This document shows positions 36,630-49,028 of a stretch of DNA of 64,000 nt, in pieces; the first letter of the stretch is position 1, and every line of letters starts with the position of its first letter. This stretch comes from Candidatus Nomurabacteria bacterium (lineage in GTDB: Bacteria; Patescibacteriota; Minisyncoccia; Phycocordibacterales; UBA9973): positions 18,983-82,982 of the forward strand of contig JAPLXQ010000006.1 of assembly GCA_026395995.1 (NCBI GenBank), written 5' to 3'. The translations under genes were made by a program, and so were the position numbers. Below the pieces are notes generated by a model that had not been told where the DNA came from, did no database searches, and saw nothing but the letters and a program-made list of their open reading frames with translations.

Positions 36630-38207
36630 TTAGTTCTTGTTGAAATCTGTTGTAAACTTTTCGGTCATTGATTTTCTCAATTTTTGTTGAGTTTCAGTAT
36701 CAATTTTTGAACCAGCAAGCACTGACTCGATAGCATCCATATGATTTGAAAAATCTTTGATTACATCGTTATCTGAAGTATTTTTCTTATCAAAAAGGAT
36801 TTTTCGATTTTGAGCTGCAGTTTCTCTTTGAGCAATACTTGTTTGCATCAAGTCATTCATCATCAATTGGAAATTATTAGTTTTTGTCTGCAAATCAATC
36901 TTTTGATTTTGCTGATTTTCAACTGAATATTTTTCTTTTTGAAGAGCAATAGCTTCTTCATAAGTATCTTTTCCAGACATTAGTTTCATTAAAACCACCA
37001 ATGACTCTAATATAAAGAAGAAAATAAATAATGACCAAAACAAAATTGGTGTCTTCTTCGCAATCGCCCACATTGCTGTGTATCGATCAGAATAACCATC
37101 CGCCTTTTCTGTCATAATTGCTTCTTTACGCTCTTCAAAAAACTTTTTTGCAGTAGAGATCTTTTCTAATAATTCAGGTTCTCGCTTTTGTTGTTTTTCA
37201 ACAGCAGAAACTAAGGCCAGGTATTCAGCACAAGTGTTTTTTGACTGATCAAATTGAGCAATCATCTCTTTTAATGCAACTGAATCTGCTCGAAGCGCTT
37301 CTTTTTTTGCTTTTGCAGCAGCGCCATCACCCGGAATATGAGTTCCAACTCTGCCTTCTATTTCTCCAACTAAAGCATCTCTGCGTGAAGTAATTAATGC
37401 ACGTTGTTCGTTAATCAAATCTTGTTGTGTTTTTAACCAAGAACCATATGCAGTATTAGCAATTTGAACTTCGTTTGTTCGTTGATCACGTTCATTATTT
37501 ATTATTGTAACGTAATTGGCAATACTATCATTAACTTGTGCTACTTTTAATTTTTTCTTCAGAGCAATCTCCTGATGAATTTCAGTATTAAAGATCCAAA
37601 TATTTATAAAAGTAGTATTAACAAATGCTATTGCCATAATCATAACTAAACGTGAAACAGCAACCCAAACTCTTTTCTTTCCAGCTTCGTGGTCCATAAA
37701 GACAACAATACCGCGATCAAGGGCCCAGATAATTAAATACCATAATACTGCTACTATGATACCTGTACTTACTGACAAAAAAATATCACTCCACATTCTG
37801 TACGCAAGTGCTGAAGAAAAAGTAATTGTAATAAACATCAAGATTCCAAACACACTTTTTTTGAATCTTACAGAATTGGGCTGATCTCTCAAAATCGAAA
37901 GGTCAGCACCACCGAACCATTGGAAAAATTCTCCAAAATTACGGAAAGGTATTACATTTCTGATGCTTCTAACTGTTTCAAAAATAACAGCAACAACAAG
38001 TGAAAAGAATGCCCAAGGCATTGCAAATGCATTACCGAATACTTCTCCTGTTTTTATAAGAGCTTGTTTCGGTGATTTAGTTGATATCCATTCTGTAATA
38101 AATACACCAATGACGACAAGTAGAACAGCTGACAAAATAATAATAACTGCCAAGCTCAGGTATGACATACCCTGTTTAAAAAAAATAGATAAAAATGTTT
38201 TTTTCAT
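36630..38207 (-). CDS. Large membrane protein with an internal coiled-coil region (hypothetical; DUF4407-like architecture)
   Basis: Four or more TM helices in the N-terminal half; a long heptad-rich segment (about 250-420); one more TM; Gln/Asn-rich tail. Confidence 0.4.
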   Translation of the reverse strand: MKKTFLSIFFKQGMSYLSLAVIIILSAVLLVVIGVFITEWISTKSPKQALIKTGEVFGNAFAMPWAFFSLVVAVIFETVRSIRNVIPFRNFGEFFQWFGGADLSILRDQPNSVRFKKSVFGILMFITITFSSALAYRMWSDIFLSVSTGIIVAVLWYLIIWALDRGIVVFMDHEAGKKRVWVAVSRLVMIMAIAFVNTTFINIWIFNTEIHQEIALKKKLKVAQVNDSIANYVTIINNERDQRTNEVQIANTAYGSWLKTQQDLINEQRALITSRRDALVGEIEGRVGTHIPGDGAAAKAKKEALRADSVALKEMIAQFDQSKNTCAEYLALVSAVEKQQKREPELLEKISTAKKFFEERKEAIMTEKADGYSDRYTAMWAIAKKTPILFWSLFIFFFILESLVVLMKLMSGKDTYEEAIALQKEKYSVENQQNQKIDLQTKTNNFQLMMNDLMQTSIAQRETAAQNRKILFDKKNTSDNDVIKDFSNHMDAIESVLAGSKIDTETQQKLRKSMTEKFTTDFNKN

Positions 38208-38337
38208 TTATATAAAATATTAAATTTTAGGGTAACGGCAGCCCTTACGCCGGCAGAACTTAACTTGTTTTTAAATTTTCAAGAAACAGCTTACATCTAA
38301 TAGATTATCATATATATGATATAAAGTCAAGCTATTT

Positions 38338-39012
38338 TTAAGCTATTATTACAACAAATTCCCCTTTTTGTTTTACTGTATTTTTTGTGTAATATTCTAG
38401 TAATTCTGCTGGAGTTCCTGTTTTAAATTCTTCATATATTTTAGTGATTTCGCGAGCCACGCAGACTTTTTTATTTGGTGTAAATTTTACAAGTGCTTCT
38501 AATGTTTTTAAAATGCGATGTGAAGATTCATAAAAAGCCATAGTTCTCTCAGACTCTGCTATTTCTTTAAAGAGTGTTTCCCTGCCCTTTTTATGTGGTA
38601 AAAATCCCAAGAATGTGAATTCGTGTATTGGAAGTCCACAAGCAGAAAGTGCAGTGATAATTGCTGAAACTCCAGGAATTGGAATAACATTTACATTATC
38701 ACCAAACTTTTCTTTTATTTGAGATACAAGCAAAGCACCCGGATCTGAAATCCCTGGTGTACCTGCATCTGAAACGAGTGCAATATTTTTTCCTTCTTCT
38801 AATAATTCAAAAATTTTATCTGTCTTACCAATCTTGCTCTGTGCATGATAGCTCATCGTAGCTTTTTTTATTTCATACTTATTTAGAATCTTTTGTGTCA
38901 TACGAGTATCTTCACACAATATCAAATCAACTTCGCCGAGAATGCGAATAGCACGAAGCGTAATATCTTCCATATTTCCTATCGGTGTAGCTATTACATA
39001 AAAATTACTCAT
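38338..39012 (-). CDS. rsmI: 16S rRNA (cytidine1402-2'-O)-methyltransferase RsmI (tetrapyrrole-methylase fold)
   Basis: MSNFYVIATPIGNMEDITLRAIRILGEVDLILCEDTRMTQKIL matches the RsmI N-terminal signature. 224 aa. Confidence 0.8.
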   Translation of the reverse strand: MSNFYVIATPIGNMEDITLRAIRILGEVDLILCEDTRMTQKILNKYEIKKATMSYHAQSKIGKTDKIFELLEEGKNIALVSDAGTPGISDPGALLVSQIKEKFGDNVNVIPIPGVSAIITALSACGLPIHEFTFLGFLPHKKGRETLFKEIAESERTMAFYESSHRILKTLEALVKFTPNKKVCVAREITKIYEEFKTGTPAELLEYYTKNTVKQKGEFVVIIA

Positions 39013-39116
39013 TTGTTGATTATAGCAAAAAAGCTTTTTTTATATTATTGACTTTTACATCTAATATGTTAATATATATATTGAATATAAAATCTTTCAA
39101 ATTTAAAGAAACACAC

Positions 39117-39566
39117 ATGAAAAAAAGACTCTTAAGTATCGCTATCGTGGCGACAGTAATTTTGTTGTTTTTAGGAAAAATAACTTCTGCGCAAACAGAT
39201 TCAATGCATTGTGGAAATTATAATCCGCAAAATATGGAAGTAACTCTTCCGTATTACAATGATACAGTTATAGTATACGTCCTCTATGATAAACGAGGAA
39301 AGTTTACATATACTGATCAAGATTTTAAGGACGGGAAATATGTGACTTATCAAAAAATTGCAAATAAAAATTTTAAGAAATTAAAATCGCATGATGATGT
39401 CGTAATTCCGGTAAGTTTTGAAAATCTTGAAATCTTCCAGGAAGTATTTTATAAATACAAAAAAGAAGATTTAAGATTTAAAAACGTAAAAATCGATTGT
39501 AGCATTATATTCGGAAGTCCTGGTCAATGGATAACCACAATCTCTATTTACTTAGAAAAAAATTAA
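39117..39566 (+). CDS. Hypothetical secreted protein (start trimmed to MKKRLLSIAIVATVILLFLGKITSAQ)
   Basis: Signal peptide; no other motif. Confidence 0.4.
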   Translation: MKKRLLSIAIVATVILLFLGKITSAQTDSMHCGNYNPQNMEVTLPYYNDTVIVYVLYDKRGKFTYTDQDFKDGKYVTYQKIANKNFKKLKSHDDVVIPVSFENLEIFQEVFYKYKKEDLRFKNVKIDCSIIFGSPGQWITTISIYLEKN

Positions 39567-39568
39567 CA

Positions 39569-39600
39569 AAAAAGTCCCGAACGAATCGGGACTTTTTTTA
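39569..39600. terminator. Bidirectional terminator AAAAAGTCCCGA acgaa TCGGGACTTTTTTT
   Basis: Perfect 8-bp stem flanked by A- and T-runs, between the 39117 (+) gene and atpC (-). Confidence 0.75.
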
Positions 39601-40059
39601 TTTTCTGTACTTTCTAGTCTTCCATTTATCTGCGATTTTGACTCGAGTGAGGGAGCGGTCGAGCTCGGTCGCGAAGTGTTCGAAGTCTACGACTTCTTTG
39701 TTCTCGGCGAGTTTTTGAAGTTCTAATGATCGAGCTTTTGCTTTCTCGATGGCTTCATCTGTAATTTCAGAAATATGTTCTGCAAAGTCGGCAAGGATAG
39801 CGACTTCGGTTATAGAAGTTTGTGAAGGACCTTCCTTCACAGATTTAACCTCGAGAAATCCGCCTACAACCGCATATGGAATATGCTCGCCATTTGCTAG
39901 GGCTACGATATCGCCAGATTTGAGGCCTGCGATTATCGGCACGTGCTCGGGCAAGACTGTGATCTCCCCTTCCAGTGTGGGCACTGTCACGCTCTCAACA
40001 AGCTCTTCGAGTACGAGCTTTTCTGGGGTGACTATTTTTAGTTTTAATTGTTTTGACAT
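39598..40059 (-). CDS. atpC: F-type ATP synthase epsilon subunit
   Basis: LKLKIVTPEKLVLEELVESVTVPTLEGEITVLPEHVPIIAGLKSGDIV is the canonical epsilon N-domain. It is the last gene of the atp operon. Confidence 0.85.
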   Translation of the reverse strand: MSKQLKLKIVTPEKLVLEELVESVTVPTLEGEITVLPEHVPIIAGLKSGDIVALANGEHIPYAVVGGFLEVKSVKEGPSQTSITEVAILADFAEHISEITDEAIEKAKARSLELQKLAENKEVVDFEHFATELDRSLTRVKIADKWKTRKYRK

Positions 40060-40062
40060 AAT

Positions 40063-40293
40063 TTATTTTAAAAGAAAACCTTTAATATCTTTTTCTTGAG
40101 TTAAAGTAAGATAATATGCAAATGCACAACTTGCTACATTTCTATTATAACCATGTTCGTTGCCATCTTTTACGCAATGCACTACTTTAAAAGTAAGGAA
40201 TAAAATAACTAAAACAATAATTAAAGCAAAGGACAAAAGTAACTTAATCCATAATTTAACTTTTTTTATTTTTTTAATTTCTTGATTTTCCAT
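40063..40293 (-). CDS. Small single-TM protein MENQEIKKIKKVKLW..., inserted between atpD and atpC; paralogue of 42793..43125
   Basis: Shares an identical nine-residue N-terminus (MENQEIKKI) and about 26 identical nucleotides at its 5' end with the ORF at 42793..43125. Confidence 0.45.
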   Translation of the reverse strand: MENQEIKKIKKVKLWIKLLLSFALIIVLVILFLTFKVVHCVKDGNEHGYNRNVASCAFAYYLTLTQEKDIKGFLLK

Positions 40294-40304
40294 AATTTAA
40301 TTAT

Positions 40305-40356
40305 AACGCCCCCTTCCCGCCCGCCATCGCTACGCTCAGGCGTTAGCGGGCGGGCA
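40305..40356. repeat. GC-rich nested hairpin (CCGCCCGC ... GCGGGCGG with inner GCTACGC tcag GCGTTAGC) in the atpD-downstream intergenic region
   Basis: Read directly; a strongly GC-rich island in AT-rich spacer DNA. Confidence 0.4.
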
Positions 40357-40372
40357 TATAAAACTAATAATA

Positions 40373-42783
<2,411 letters not shown>

Positions 42784-42792
42784 AAAAATTAA

Positions 42793-43125
42793 TTACATAA
42801 GTGGTTCAAATGCTATCCAGTGCGGGAAAAAATATCTAAAAATAAAATATAACAAGGGCATCAAAATTACCAAAGTATTAAGAATTTTATATTTTAATAT
42901 AGAACCCCCAATTTCCTTTTTAAAGTAGGATATTTTTTTAAAATCTGCTACACACTTAATTAAAGAGAAATAAGATAATACTAGACCGACAATTACATAC
43001 AATATAACGTTAGCGGAATCGAAGAAATATAAACTTATAACATAATAAATTATCCACGCACAAAGTAAAAATATGAAACTAGCAATCTTATCTTTATATA
43101 TTTTTTTAATTTCTTGATTTTCCAT
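42793..43125 (-). CDS. Small multi-TM membrane protein MENQEIKKIYKDK..., inserted between atpA and atpG; paralogue of 40063..40293
   Basis: Same 5' end (ttatggaaaatcaagaaattaaaaaaat) and N-terminus as the 40063 ORF; three hydrophobic helices. Confidence 0.45.
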   Translation of the reverse strand: MENQEIKKIYKDKIASFIFLLCAWIIYYVISLYFFDSANVILYVIVGLVLSYFSLIKCVADFKKISYFKKEIGGSILKYKILNTLVILMPLLYFIFRYFFPHWIAFEPLM

Positions 43126-43129
43126 AATT

Positions 43130-44641
43130 TTAACTCAAAAATCCTGCTTTGTAATCCCCGATTGCTTGTTTTAATTCTGCTTCGCCGGCATCAGTCCACA
43201 TCTTTGTCTCGCGAATGTCTTTGAGGAATGTCTTTGCATTATTTTCTGCATAGGCGACGAGGCCCGCTTCGAATTCTTTGATCTTTTCGACTGGCACTTC
43301 ATCGATCATGCCTTTCACGAGCGCATAGAGCGTAATGATCTGATGTTCGACGACGACCGGAGAATATTGCGGCTGCTTGAGCATTTCCACTGCTCTCTTT
43401 CCTCTTTCGAGTTGGCGCTTGGTAGCGTCATCGAGGTCGGAACCGAATTGTGAAAAGGCTTCGAGTTCACGGAATTGCGCGAGGTCGAGTTTCAAAGTTC
43501 CAGCGACTTTTTTCATACCTTTGATTTGTGCAGATCCTCCCACACGAGAGACCGAGAATCCGACGTTTACCGCAGGCCGCACGCCTTTGTAGAAGAGATC
43601 AGTTTCGAGGAAGATTTGTCCATCGGTGATGGAGATCACGTTTGTCGGAATGTACGCAGAAATATCTCCAGCTTGAGTTTCGATTATAGGAAGAGCAGTG
43701 ATAGATCCACCTCCGTAATCTTTATTTTTTCGACAAGCACGTTCGAGTAAACGTGAGTGCAAGTAGAAAACGTCTCCAGGGTACGCTTCACGGCCTGGTG
43801 GACGGCGGAGCAAGAGTGAGATTTCACGGTAAGCGACAGCGTGCTTTGAAAGATCATCATAAATAATCAAAACATCTTTTCCTGCATCCATAAAGTGCTC
43901 AGCGATAGCGACACCAGTATAAGGAGCGATGTATGACATAGCTGCAGGTTCTGATGAACCAGCTGAGACGATGATGGTGTAATCCATCGCACCACCTTCG
44001 GCGAGACGAGTTTCTATTTTTCGGAGCTTGGAATCTTTTTGACCGATCGAGACGTAGACACAGATCATGTTTTGACCTTTTTGGTTTAGGATCGCATCGA
44101 TAGCGATAGCGGTCTTACCGGTCTGGCGGTCACCGATGATGAGCTCGCGTTGTCCACGGCCGATAGGAATGAGCGCATCGATAGCCTTGATACCTGTCTG
44201 CACTGGTTGGTCGACTGATTGGCGACTCATGACTCCGGAAGCCACACGCTCCACAGGGTTTGTCTTGTCTGTCTTGATAGCACCTTTGCCGTCGATAGGC
44301 ATACCGAGCGCATTGAGTACGCGGCCGATTTGGAGATCTGAAACAGGAACTTCGAGAATTTTACCAGTAGCTTTCACTTCATCCCCTTCGCGAATCTTAG
44401 AGAAATCACCGAGAACGATAACACCCACAGAATCATCTTCGAGGTTAAGAGCCACACCTTCCACACCGTTTGCAAAAGTGACAATTTCTGAAGCTTTGAT
44501 ATCGGAAAGGCCTGAGACTTTCGCGATACCGTCGAAAACTTCCACTACGTGGCCGATCTTTTCTGACTTCACTTCCGCCTTGAAATTCTCGATTTCTTTT
44601 CGGAGATTTTCTACTATTTGATTGTGATTTTTTGTTGTCAT
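43130..44641 (-). CDS. atpA: F-type ATP synthase alpha subunit
   Basis: Walker A GDRQTGKT and a canonical F1-alpha sequence throughout ([14 protein letters not shown]..., [19 protein letters not shown]). Confidence 0.95.
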   Translation of the reverse strand: MTTKNHNQIVENLRKEIENFKAEVKSEKIGHVVEVFDGIAKVSGLSDIKASEIVTFANGVEGVALNLEDDSVGVIVLGDFSKIREGDEVKATGKILEVPVSDLQIGRVLNALGMPIDGKGAIKTDKTNPVERVASGVMSRQSVDQPVQTGIKAIDALIPIGRGQRELIIGDRQTGKTAIAIDAILNQKGQNMICVYVSIGQKDSKLRKIETRLAEGGAMDYTIIVSAGSSEPAAMSYIAPYTGVAIAEHFMDAGKDVLIIYDDLSKHAVAYREISLLLRRPPGREAYPGDVFYLHSRLLERACRKNKDYGGGSITALPIIETQAGDISAYIPTNVISITDGQIFLETDLFYKGVRPAVNVGFSVSRVGGSAQIKGMKKVAGTLKLDLAQFRELEAFSQFGSDLDDATKRQLERGKRAVEMLKQPQYSPVVVEHQIITLYALVKGMIDEVPVEKIKEFEAGLVAYAENNAKTFLKDIRETKMWTDAGEAELKQAIGDYKAGFLS

Positions 44642-44654
44642 TTTATTTTAAAAA

Positions 44655-45071
44655 TTATTTTGAAATTAAGTGTGCTGATAATTGGTTCAATTTATTTCTG
44701 TAAGTCGTATCTAGTATCTCATCTCCGATCACTATTTTCATTCCGCCCAGTAATTCTTTGTCTTCTATATATTCACTCACTATCTCTTTTGCACTATATT
44801 CAGTAAATTTATTTTTTATATCTTCTTCAATTCTCTTTCTCTCACTCTCTTCAATCTTTTTCGCAGACAAAACTTTTATTCTCACCACACCGTCTTCTTT
44901 ATCTATTATTTTTCCGACAGCATCCAGTATTTCGTCCGATCTATTTAACAATTTCTTTTTATTTAAAAAATTCAGTGTTTCTTTGACAGCAACATCCAAG
45001 TCACCACCAGACTTTCCTTTCGTATGTCCGGCTATCGCTTGAGCTATGTTTTGTACTGAAATTTTTGCCAT
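44655..45071 (-). CDS. atpH: F-type ATP synthase delta (OSCP) subunit, short form
   Basis: C-terminal GGMKIVIGDEILDTTYRNKLNQLS matches the delta signature. Positioned between atpF and atpA. Confidence 0.75.
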   Translation of the reverse strand: MAKISVQNIAQAIAGHTKGKSGGDLDVAVKETLNFLNKKKLLNRSDEILDAVGKIIDKEDGVVRIKVLSAKKIEESERKRIEEDIKNKFTEYSAKEIVSEYIEDKELLGGMKIVIGDEILDTTYRNKLNQLSAHLISK

Positions 45072-45076
45072 AATTA

Positions 45077-45526
45077 TTATTTATTTTTTTCTGCAAGAAT
45101 CTTTTCTGTTGCTGCCATTGCAAGACCTGCTACTTCATTCTTTAACTCAGTCATCATTTTTTCTTTCTCTGCATCTAAAGTCTTTTTACCTTGTGCGAGC
45201 ATTCCTGCAACTTCTGCCTTTGCACTTTCAAGCATTTCTGTCTTTTTCTTCTCTACTTCTTTTTTAGCTTTATCAAAGATTTCATTTGCTTCATTGCGAG
45301 CCTTGCGCATAGCGACTTCGGATTCCTTTGCAGTATTTTCAAGCATTTCTTTATTTGCTTTTGCATCATCGAGACCTTGTTTTATTTCTTCTTCACGATC
45401 ACCCATCAATTTCTTGAGTGGCTTTGCAGCAATAAAATAAAGCGCAATGAAAACGAGAGCAAAGTTGAACAGCTGTGCAATCATTATTTTGAAATCTATG
45501 TGAAATGTTGATATTAATGAATCCAT
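45077..45526 (-). CDS. atpF: F-type ATP synthase b subunit
   Basis: Single N-terminal TM (IAQLFNFALVFIALYFIAAKPL) followed by a long charged coiled coil. Confidence 0.8.
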   Translation of the reverse strand: MDSLISTFHIDFKIMIAQLFNFALVFIALYFIAAKPLKKLMGDREEEIKQGLDDAKANKEMLENTAKESEVAMRKARNEANEIFDKAKKEVEKKKTEMLESAKAEVAGMLAQGKKTLDAEKEKMMTELKNEVAGLAMAATEKILAEKNK

Positions 45527-45651
45527 AATTTTTTATTTTTATTTGTTAGATTTTCTGCTATCGCAGAATTTATAACATTTCTTTTAATTTTTGCTTTTTA
45601 ATATTGAGCAAAACACAACGCTCACTTTCGTAAGCATTGAGGTTCCAATCA

Positions 45652-45903
<252 letters not shown>

Positions 45904-45940
45904 TTAATTAAAACTAATAATTTTTCGACTTATTTTTAAG

Positions 45941-45982
45941 GCCGACGTTTTCAGTCGGCTCCCCGACCTAATGCGTCGGGGG
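45941..45982. other. Tandem GC-rich hairpins in the atpB-atpE intergenic spacer (GCCGAC gttttca GTCGGC; CCCCGAC ctaatgc GTCGGGG)
   Basis: Read directly. A GC-rich island within AT-rich DNA; probably an mRNA structure within the atp operon. Confidence 0.4.
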
Positions 45983-45987
45983 AATTT

Positions 45988-46878
45988 TTACCCATGCACT
46001 AACTTCTCTTTGCTATGCCCATGCTCTTCCTCATGTTCTCCATGATCTTGAGCAGCTATTGTGAAATAAACTGCGGCAAGAAGACTAAATATGAGTGCCT
46101 GTATCAAACCTACGAACACTTCCAAAAATAGAAATGGTGCAGGTACAATATAAGCGAAGATAGCAGACATAGAAACAAGAAGAACTTCTCCAGCAAAAAC
46201 ATTTCCGAATAATCGGAATGAAAGAGAAGCAACTTTTGCCATTTCTCCGATGAGTTCAAGTATTCCTACGAAGAAAGTAATCGGAGCGACGATAAGTACT
46301 GTCGGATCTTTACGTACCTTGGTAAATATAGAACCGAGCGCTTTTAGATTAACATATTTATTGAAAAATTTCCATGAACCAATAGCTATTATTCCAAAAA
46401 TATTTGAAGCAATGACGACCATAAGAGCGAACGCCAAAGTAGTATTTATATCTGCTGTTCCTGAACGGAAAAGAGGCACAAAAGATGTGATTCCCCCTTC
46501 AGTAGCATTAAAACCAAGAGATCCTAGCCCTGGTACAAGACCAAGCCAGTTTGAAACTAATATAAAAAGGAAAAGTGAAAAAACTAACGGAAAGATTTTA
46601 TTTGAAATTTTTCTGTCGTTGGTAACTTGGTCACAAAGTGAAAGTGCGCCTTCCATTATTATTTCAAAAAGATTTTGTAATTTACCTGGGACTTTTTTCA
46701 TTTTCTTTTTTAAAACCAAGAAAAATGACACGATTATTAAAACAGTCAGCCATGATGTGAGTAAAGAATTTGTAACCTGAAAACTACCAATAGAAAAAAT
46801 AGGTTCTGCATAAATAGTCACATCGTGACTGATAGGTTGAATGACAATATTATTTTGTATTTGATTTGTATTTTCCAT
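45988..46878 (-). CDS. atpB: F-type ATP synthase a subunit
   Basis: Five-TM protein ending ...LSFRLFGNVFAGEVLLVSMSAIFAY with the conserved Arg helix. First structural gene of the operon. Confidence 0.88.
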   Translation of the reverse strand: MENTNQIQNNIVIQPISHDVTIYAEPIFSIGSFQVTNSLLTSWLTVLIIVSFFLVLKKKMKKVPGKLQNLFEIIMEGALSLCDQVTNDRKISNKIFPLVFSLFLFILVSNWLGLVPGLGSLGFNATEGGITSFVPLFRSGTADINTTLAFALMVVIASNIFGIIAIGSWKFFNKYVNLKALGSIFTKVRKDPTVLIVAPITFFVGILELIGEMAKVASLSFRLFGNVFAGEVLLVSMSAIFAYIVPAPFLFLEVFVGLIQALIFSLLAAVYFTIAAQDHGEHEEEHGHSKEKLVHG

Positions 46879-46879
46879 A

Positions 46880-47118
46880 TTATTTATTTAAAGTTTTTTG
46901 ATATTCTTTTATTTCTTTATAAATTCCAGAACAAGTAATACCAAAACCGAGAGCAAGTAATCCTAAATATACAAAACTACTTTCTTGTATTTTGAATAAA
47001 AATTTATTAGAGAGAACTACTATAAGTACAGGCAATATAATCCAAGATGTCGTTTTAATATAAAAAACCATCACTGGTTTCCATATGGACATATTTGACT
47101 GTACTTTCTTTTCTTCCA
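46880..47118 (-). CDS. Small two-TM membrane protein immediately upstream of atpB (AtpI/AtpZ-like position). The start was trimmed to MEEKKVQ, because the longer ORF overlaps a tRNA gene
   Basis: Position and topology. The annotated 118-aa ORF extends through the tRNA-Ile at 47118..47192, so it is shortened here. Confidence 0.4.
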
Positions 47119-47192
47119 TGGTGAGTGTGGATGGAATCGGACCATCGACCTCTGTCTTATCAGGACAGCGTTCTACCACTGAACTACACACT
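47118..47192 (-). tRNA. tRNA-Ile (anticodon GAT)
   Basis: Hand-folded cloverleaf on the minus strand: GAGTGTG TA GTTC AGTGGTA GAAC G CTGTC CTGATAA GACAG AGGTC GATGG TCCGATT CCATC CACACTC A CCA. It has a perfect 7-bp acceptor stem, a 4-bp D-stem and 5-bp anticodon and T stems. The anticodon is GAT with U33/A37, and CCA is encoded. The T-loop reads TCCGATT (C at position 55). Confidence 0.8.
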
Positions 47193-47288
47193 CGTATTAA
47201 CCCATAAAATATAACAAAAAAAAGAAAAAAACACAAATAAAAAACACTCTATTGCTAGAATGTTTTTTATTTTGAGAAATCTAAGAGA

Positions 47289-47627
47289 TTAGTATTCTCG
47301 GCGACCACCACCGCGGTTTGCACCACCGTAGCCACCACCATTTCCTCCGAAAGAACCACCAGTTCTTGGTGGACGAGCTTCCATAGGACGAGCTTCGTTC
47401 ACAGTAAGATTTCGACCTCCGAAATCTTTACCGTTGAACATTTCTACAGCTGCTTGTGCTTCTGCATCAGATGACATTTCAACGAAACCGAAACCTTTTG
47501 AGCGACCAGACATTTTGTCTATGATAATACTTGCTGATGTTACTGAACCAGCACCTGCGAAATGAGCTGATAATTCTTCGTTAGTAGTACTGTAAGGTAA
47601 ACCACCAACATATAGCTTTGTTGCCAT
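47289..47627 (-). CDS. RRM-type RNA-binding protein with Gly/Arg-rich C-terminal tail
   Basis: LYVGGLPYSTTNEELSAHFAGAGSV (RNP2), KGFGFVEM (RNP1), then GGSFGGNGGGYGGANRGGGRR. Confidence 0.85.
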   Translation of the reverse strand: MATKLYVGGLPYSTTNEELSAHFAGAGSVTSASIIIDKMSGRSKGFGFVEMSSDAEAQAAVEMFNGKDFGGRNLTVNEARPMEARPPRTGGSFGGNGGGYGGANRGGGRREY

Positions 47628-47794
47628 ATTATTATTTCTCCTGTTTTTTAAAAATCAGGCAAAAACTATTTATAAAACGTAGATACCCTGACCGCTGTTT
47701 GTTTCGTTGATGCAAACAAATCACTACTCACAATTTACACAAAAAAGCTTTGAGAACTACATTTAAAGTATAGCACAATAAAAAGTAAATAGCA

Positions 47795-47828
47795 AAAAAG
47801 CCGTCCCTGATAATATAGAGACGGCTTA
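47795..47828 (-). terminator. Rho-independent terminator downstream of prfA (AAGCCGTC ... GACGGCTT + U-tract on the minus strand)
   Basis: 8-bp stem at 47799-47806 / 47821-47828, with the A-run at 47795-47800 on the plus strand. Confidence 0.55.
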
Positions 47829-47921
47829 ACTAGATTTTTACTTCTAATTTCCTCCAGGTTTACGGAGGCACTATTTGATTAAATCAAATATACACTAAAT
47901 ATTTTATATTTGCAACAGGTT

Positions 47922-48896
47922 TTAATCTTCATCTTCTGAATCCCCTGTTTCACCAGAAGCAATTGCGTCTACTATTTCTTGAATATCGCCTTCCATAATT
48001 TTTGGTAGATTGTGCCAAGATTTTTTGATACGGTGGTCAGTTACACGATCTTGAGGAAAATTATAAGTACGGATTTTTTCTGATCGATCACCAGAACCGA
48101 TTTGATTTTTTCTATCACCTGAATATTTTTTAGCTTCTTCCTCTTCTTTCATTTGTTGAAGTTTCGCAGTCAAAATAGCCATCGCTTGCTCACGATTACC
48201 TAGCTGAGTCCTCTCTGAAGTACAGCGCACATCTATACCTGTAGGTTTATGAATAAGTCGCACCGCAGTCTCAACCTTGTTCACATTTTGTCCTCCAGCA
48301 CCACCAGAACGAGAATATTCCATATCAAGATCAGCAGGATTTATTTCAAATAAAACTTTTTTACGAATTGGCAAAATAGCTACCGAGGCAGTAGAAGTAT
48401 GCACACGTCCATTTTTTTCTGTGCTAGGAATTCTTTGTACACGATGCACTCCTGTCTCATAACGAAGCATATCGTAAACTCCTTTTCCTTTTATTTCAAA
48501 AGAAGCTTCTTTATATCCACCGACATCACTTTTGGATTCATAGTTTGTCTTCCAGTTAAAATTTTTAGTCTGGCAAAATATTTCATACATATGTGCAAGG
48601 CGCCATGCAAAAAGTGAAGCTTCATCTCCCCCTGCTCCAGCACGAACTTCGAGTACTATTTCATTCACAAATTCTTCCTCTACTTTTTCTTTATCTAAAA
48701 TATCTTGAATTTGTTTTTCTGTAACTTCTCTTTGTTCTTGAATAGATTTCAATTCAGCTGTCGCCATCTCATGTAAAGACTCATCACTGTCGAGCATTTC
48801 TCGTACCTCGGTTTCTTCTCTATTTAGTCGCTCCAAAATACCAGCAAAATAATTTGTAGTATGACTCTTTTTTAATTCTTCAATATCGAAACTCAT
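47922..48896 (-). CDS. prfA: Peptide chain release factor 1
   Basis: GGQ motif ([11 protein letters not shown]). RVQRIPSTE carries a PxT-type tripeptide motif (RF1) rather than SPF (RF2). There is no internal frameshift site. Confidence 0.8.
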   Translation of the reverse strand: MSFDIEELKKSHTTNYFAGILERLNREETEVREMLDSDESLHEMATAELKSIQEQREVTEKQIQDILDKEKVEEEFVNEIVLEVRAGAGGDEASLFAWRLAHMYEIFCQTKNFNWKTNYESKSDVGGYKEASFEIKGKGVYDMLRYETGVHRVQRIPSTEKNGRVHTSTASVAILPIRKKVLFEINPADLDMEYSRSGGAGGQNVNKVETAVRLIHKPTGIDVRCTSERTQLGNREQAMAILTAKLQQMKEEEEAKKYSGDRKNQIGSGDRSEKIRTYNFPQDRVTDHRIKKSWHNLPKIMEGDIQEIVDAIASGETGDSEDED

Positions 48897-48912
48897 ATAT
48901 TTATTATATCAA

Positions 48913-49023
48913 AAAAGTCGCATGTATGTTTTTTATGGACATTTCAAGAGCGACTGGCTCTTGAACCTGAGAAATTTTTTAGTAAAAAAATTTCGTGCCA
49001 TAAAATGCATACATGCGACTTTT
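48913..49023. other. Highly structured ~110-nt element between rpmE and prfA: a 24-bp interrupted outer stem (AAAAGTCGCATGTATG..TTTTATGG / CCATAAAA..CATACATGCGACTTTT) enclosing two internal hairpins (AAGAGC gactg GCTCTT; AAATTTTTT agt AAAAAAATTT)
   Basis: All repeats read directly. On the minus-strand transcript the structure is followed by UUUUUUGAUAUAAUAA, giving a terminator-like U-tract plus a TATAAT box. Confidence 0.5.
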
Positions 49024-49028
49024 CTAAT

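Noticed and set aside
38220-38260. GC-rich segment ggtaacggcagcccttacgccggcag upstream of the 36630 membrane protein
   Set aside because: It has direct GGCAG repeats but no convincing inverted repeat and no similarity to the CCTCCCCC palindromic family. Its significance cannot be supported.
46880-47236. The full 118-aa ORF upstream of atpB
   Set aside because: Its N-terminal 39 codons overlap a well-formed tRNA-Ile on the same strand. Only the downstream 79-aa portion is retained as a gene.
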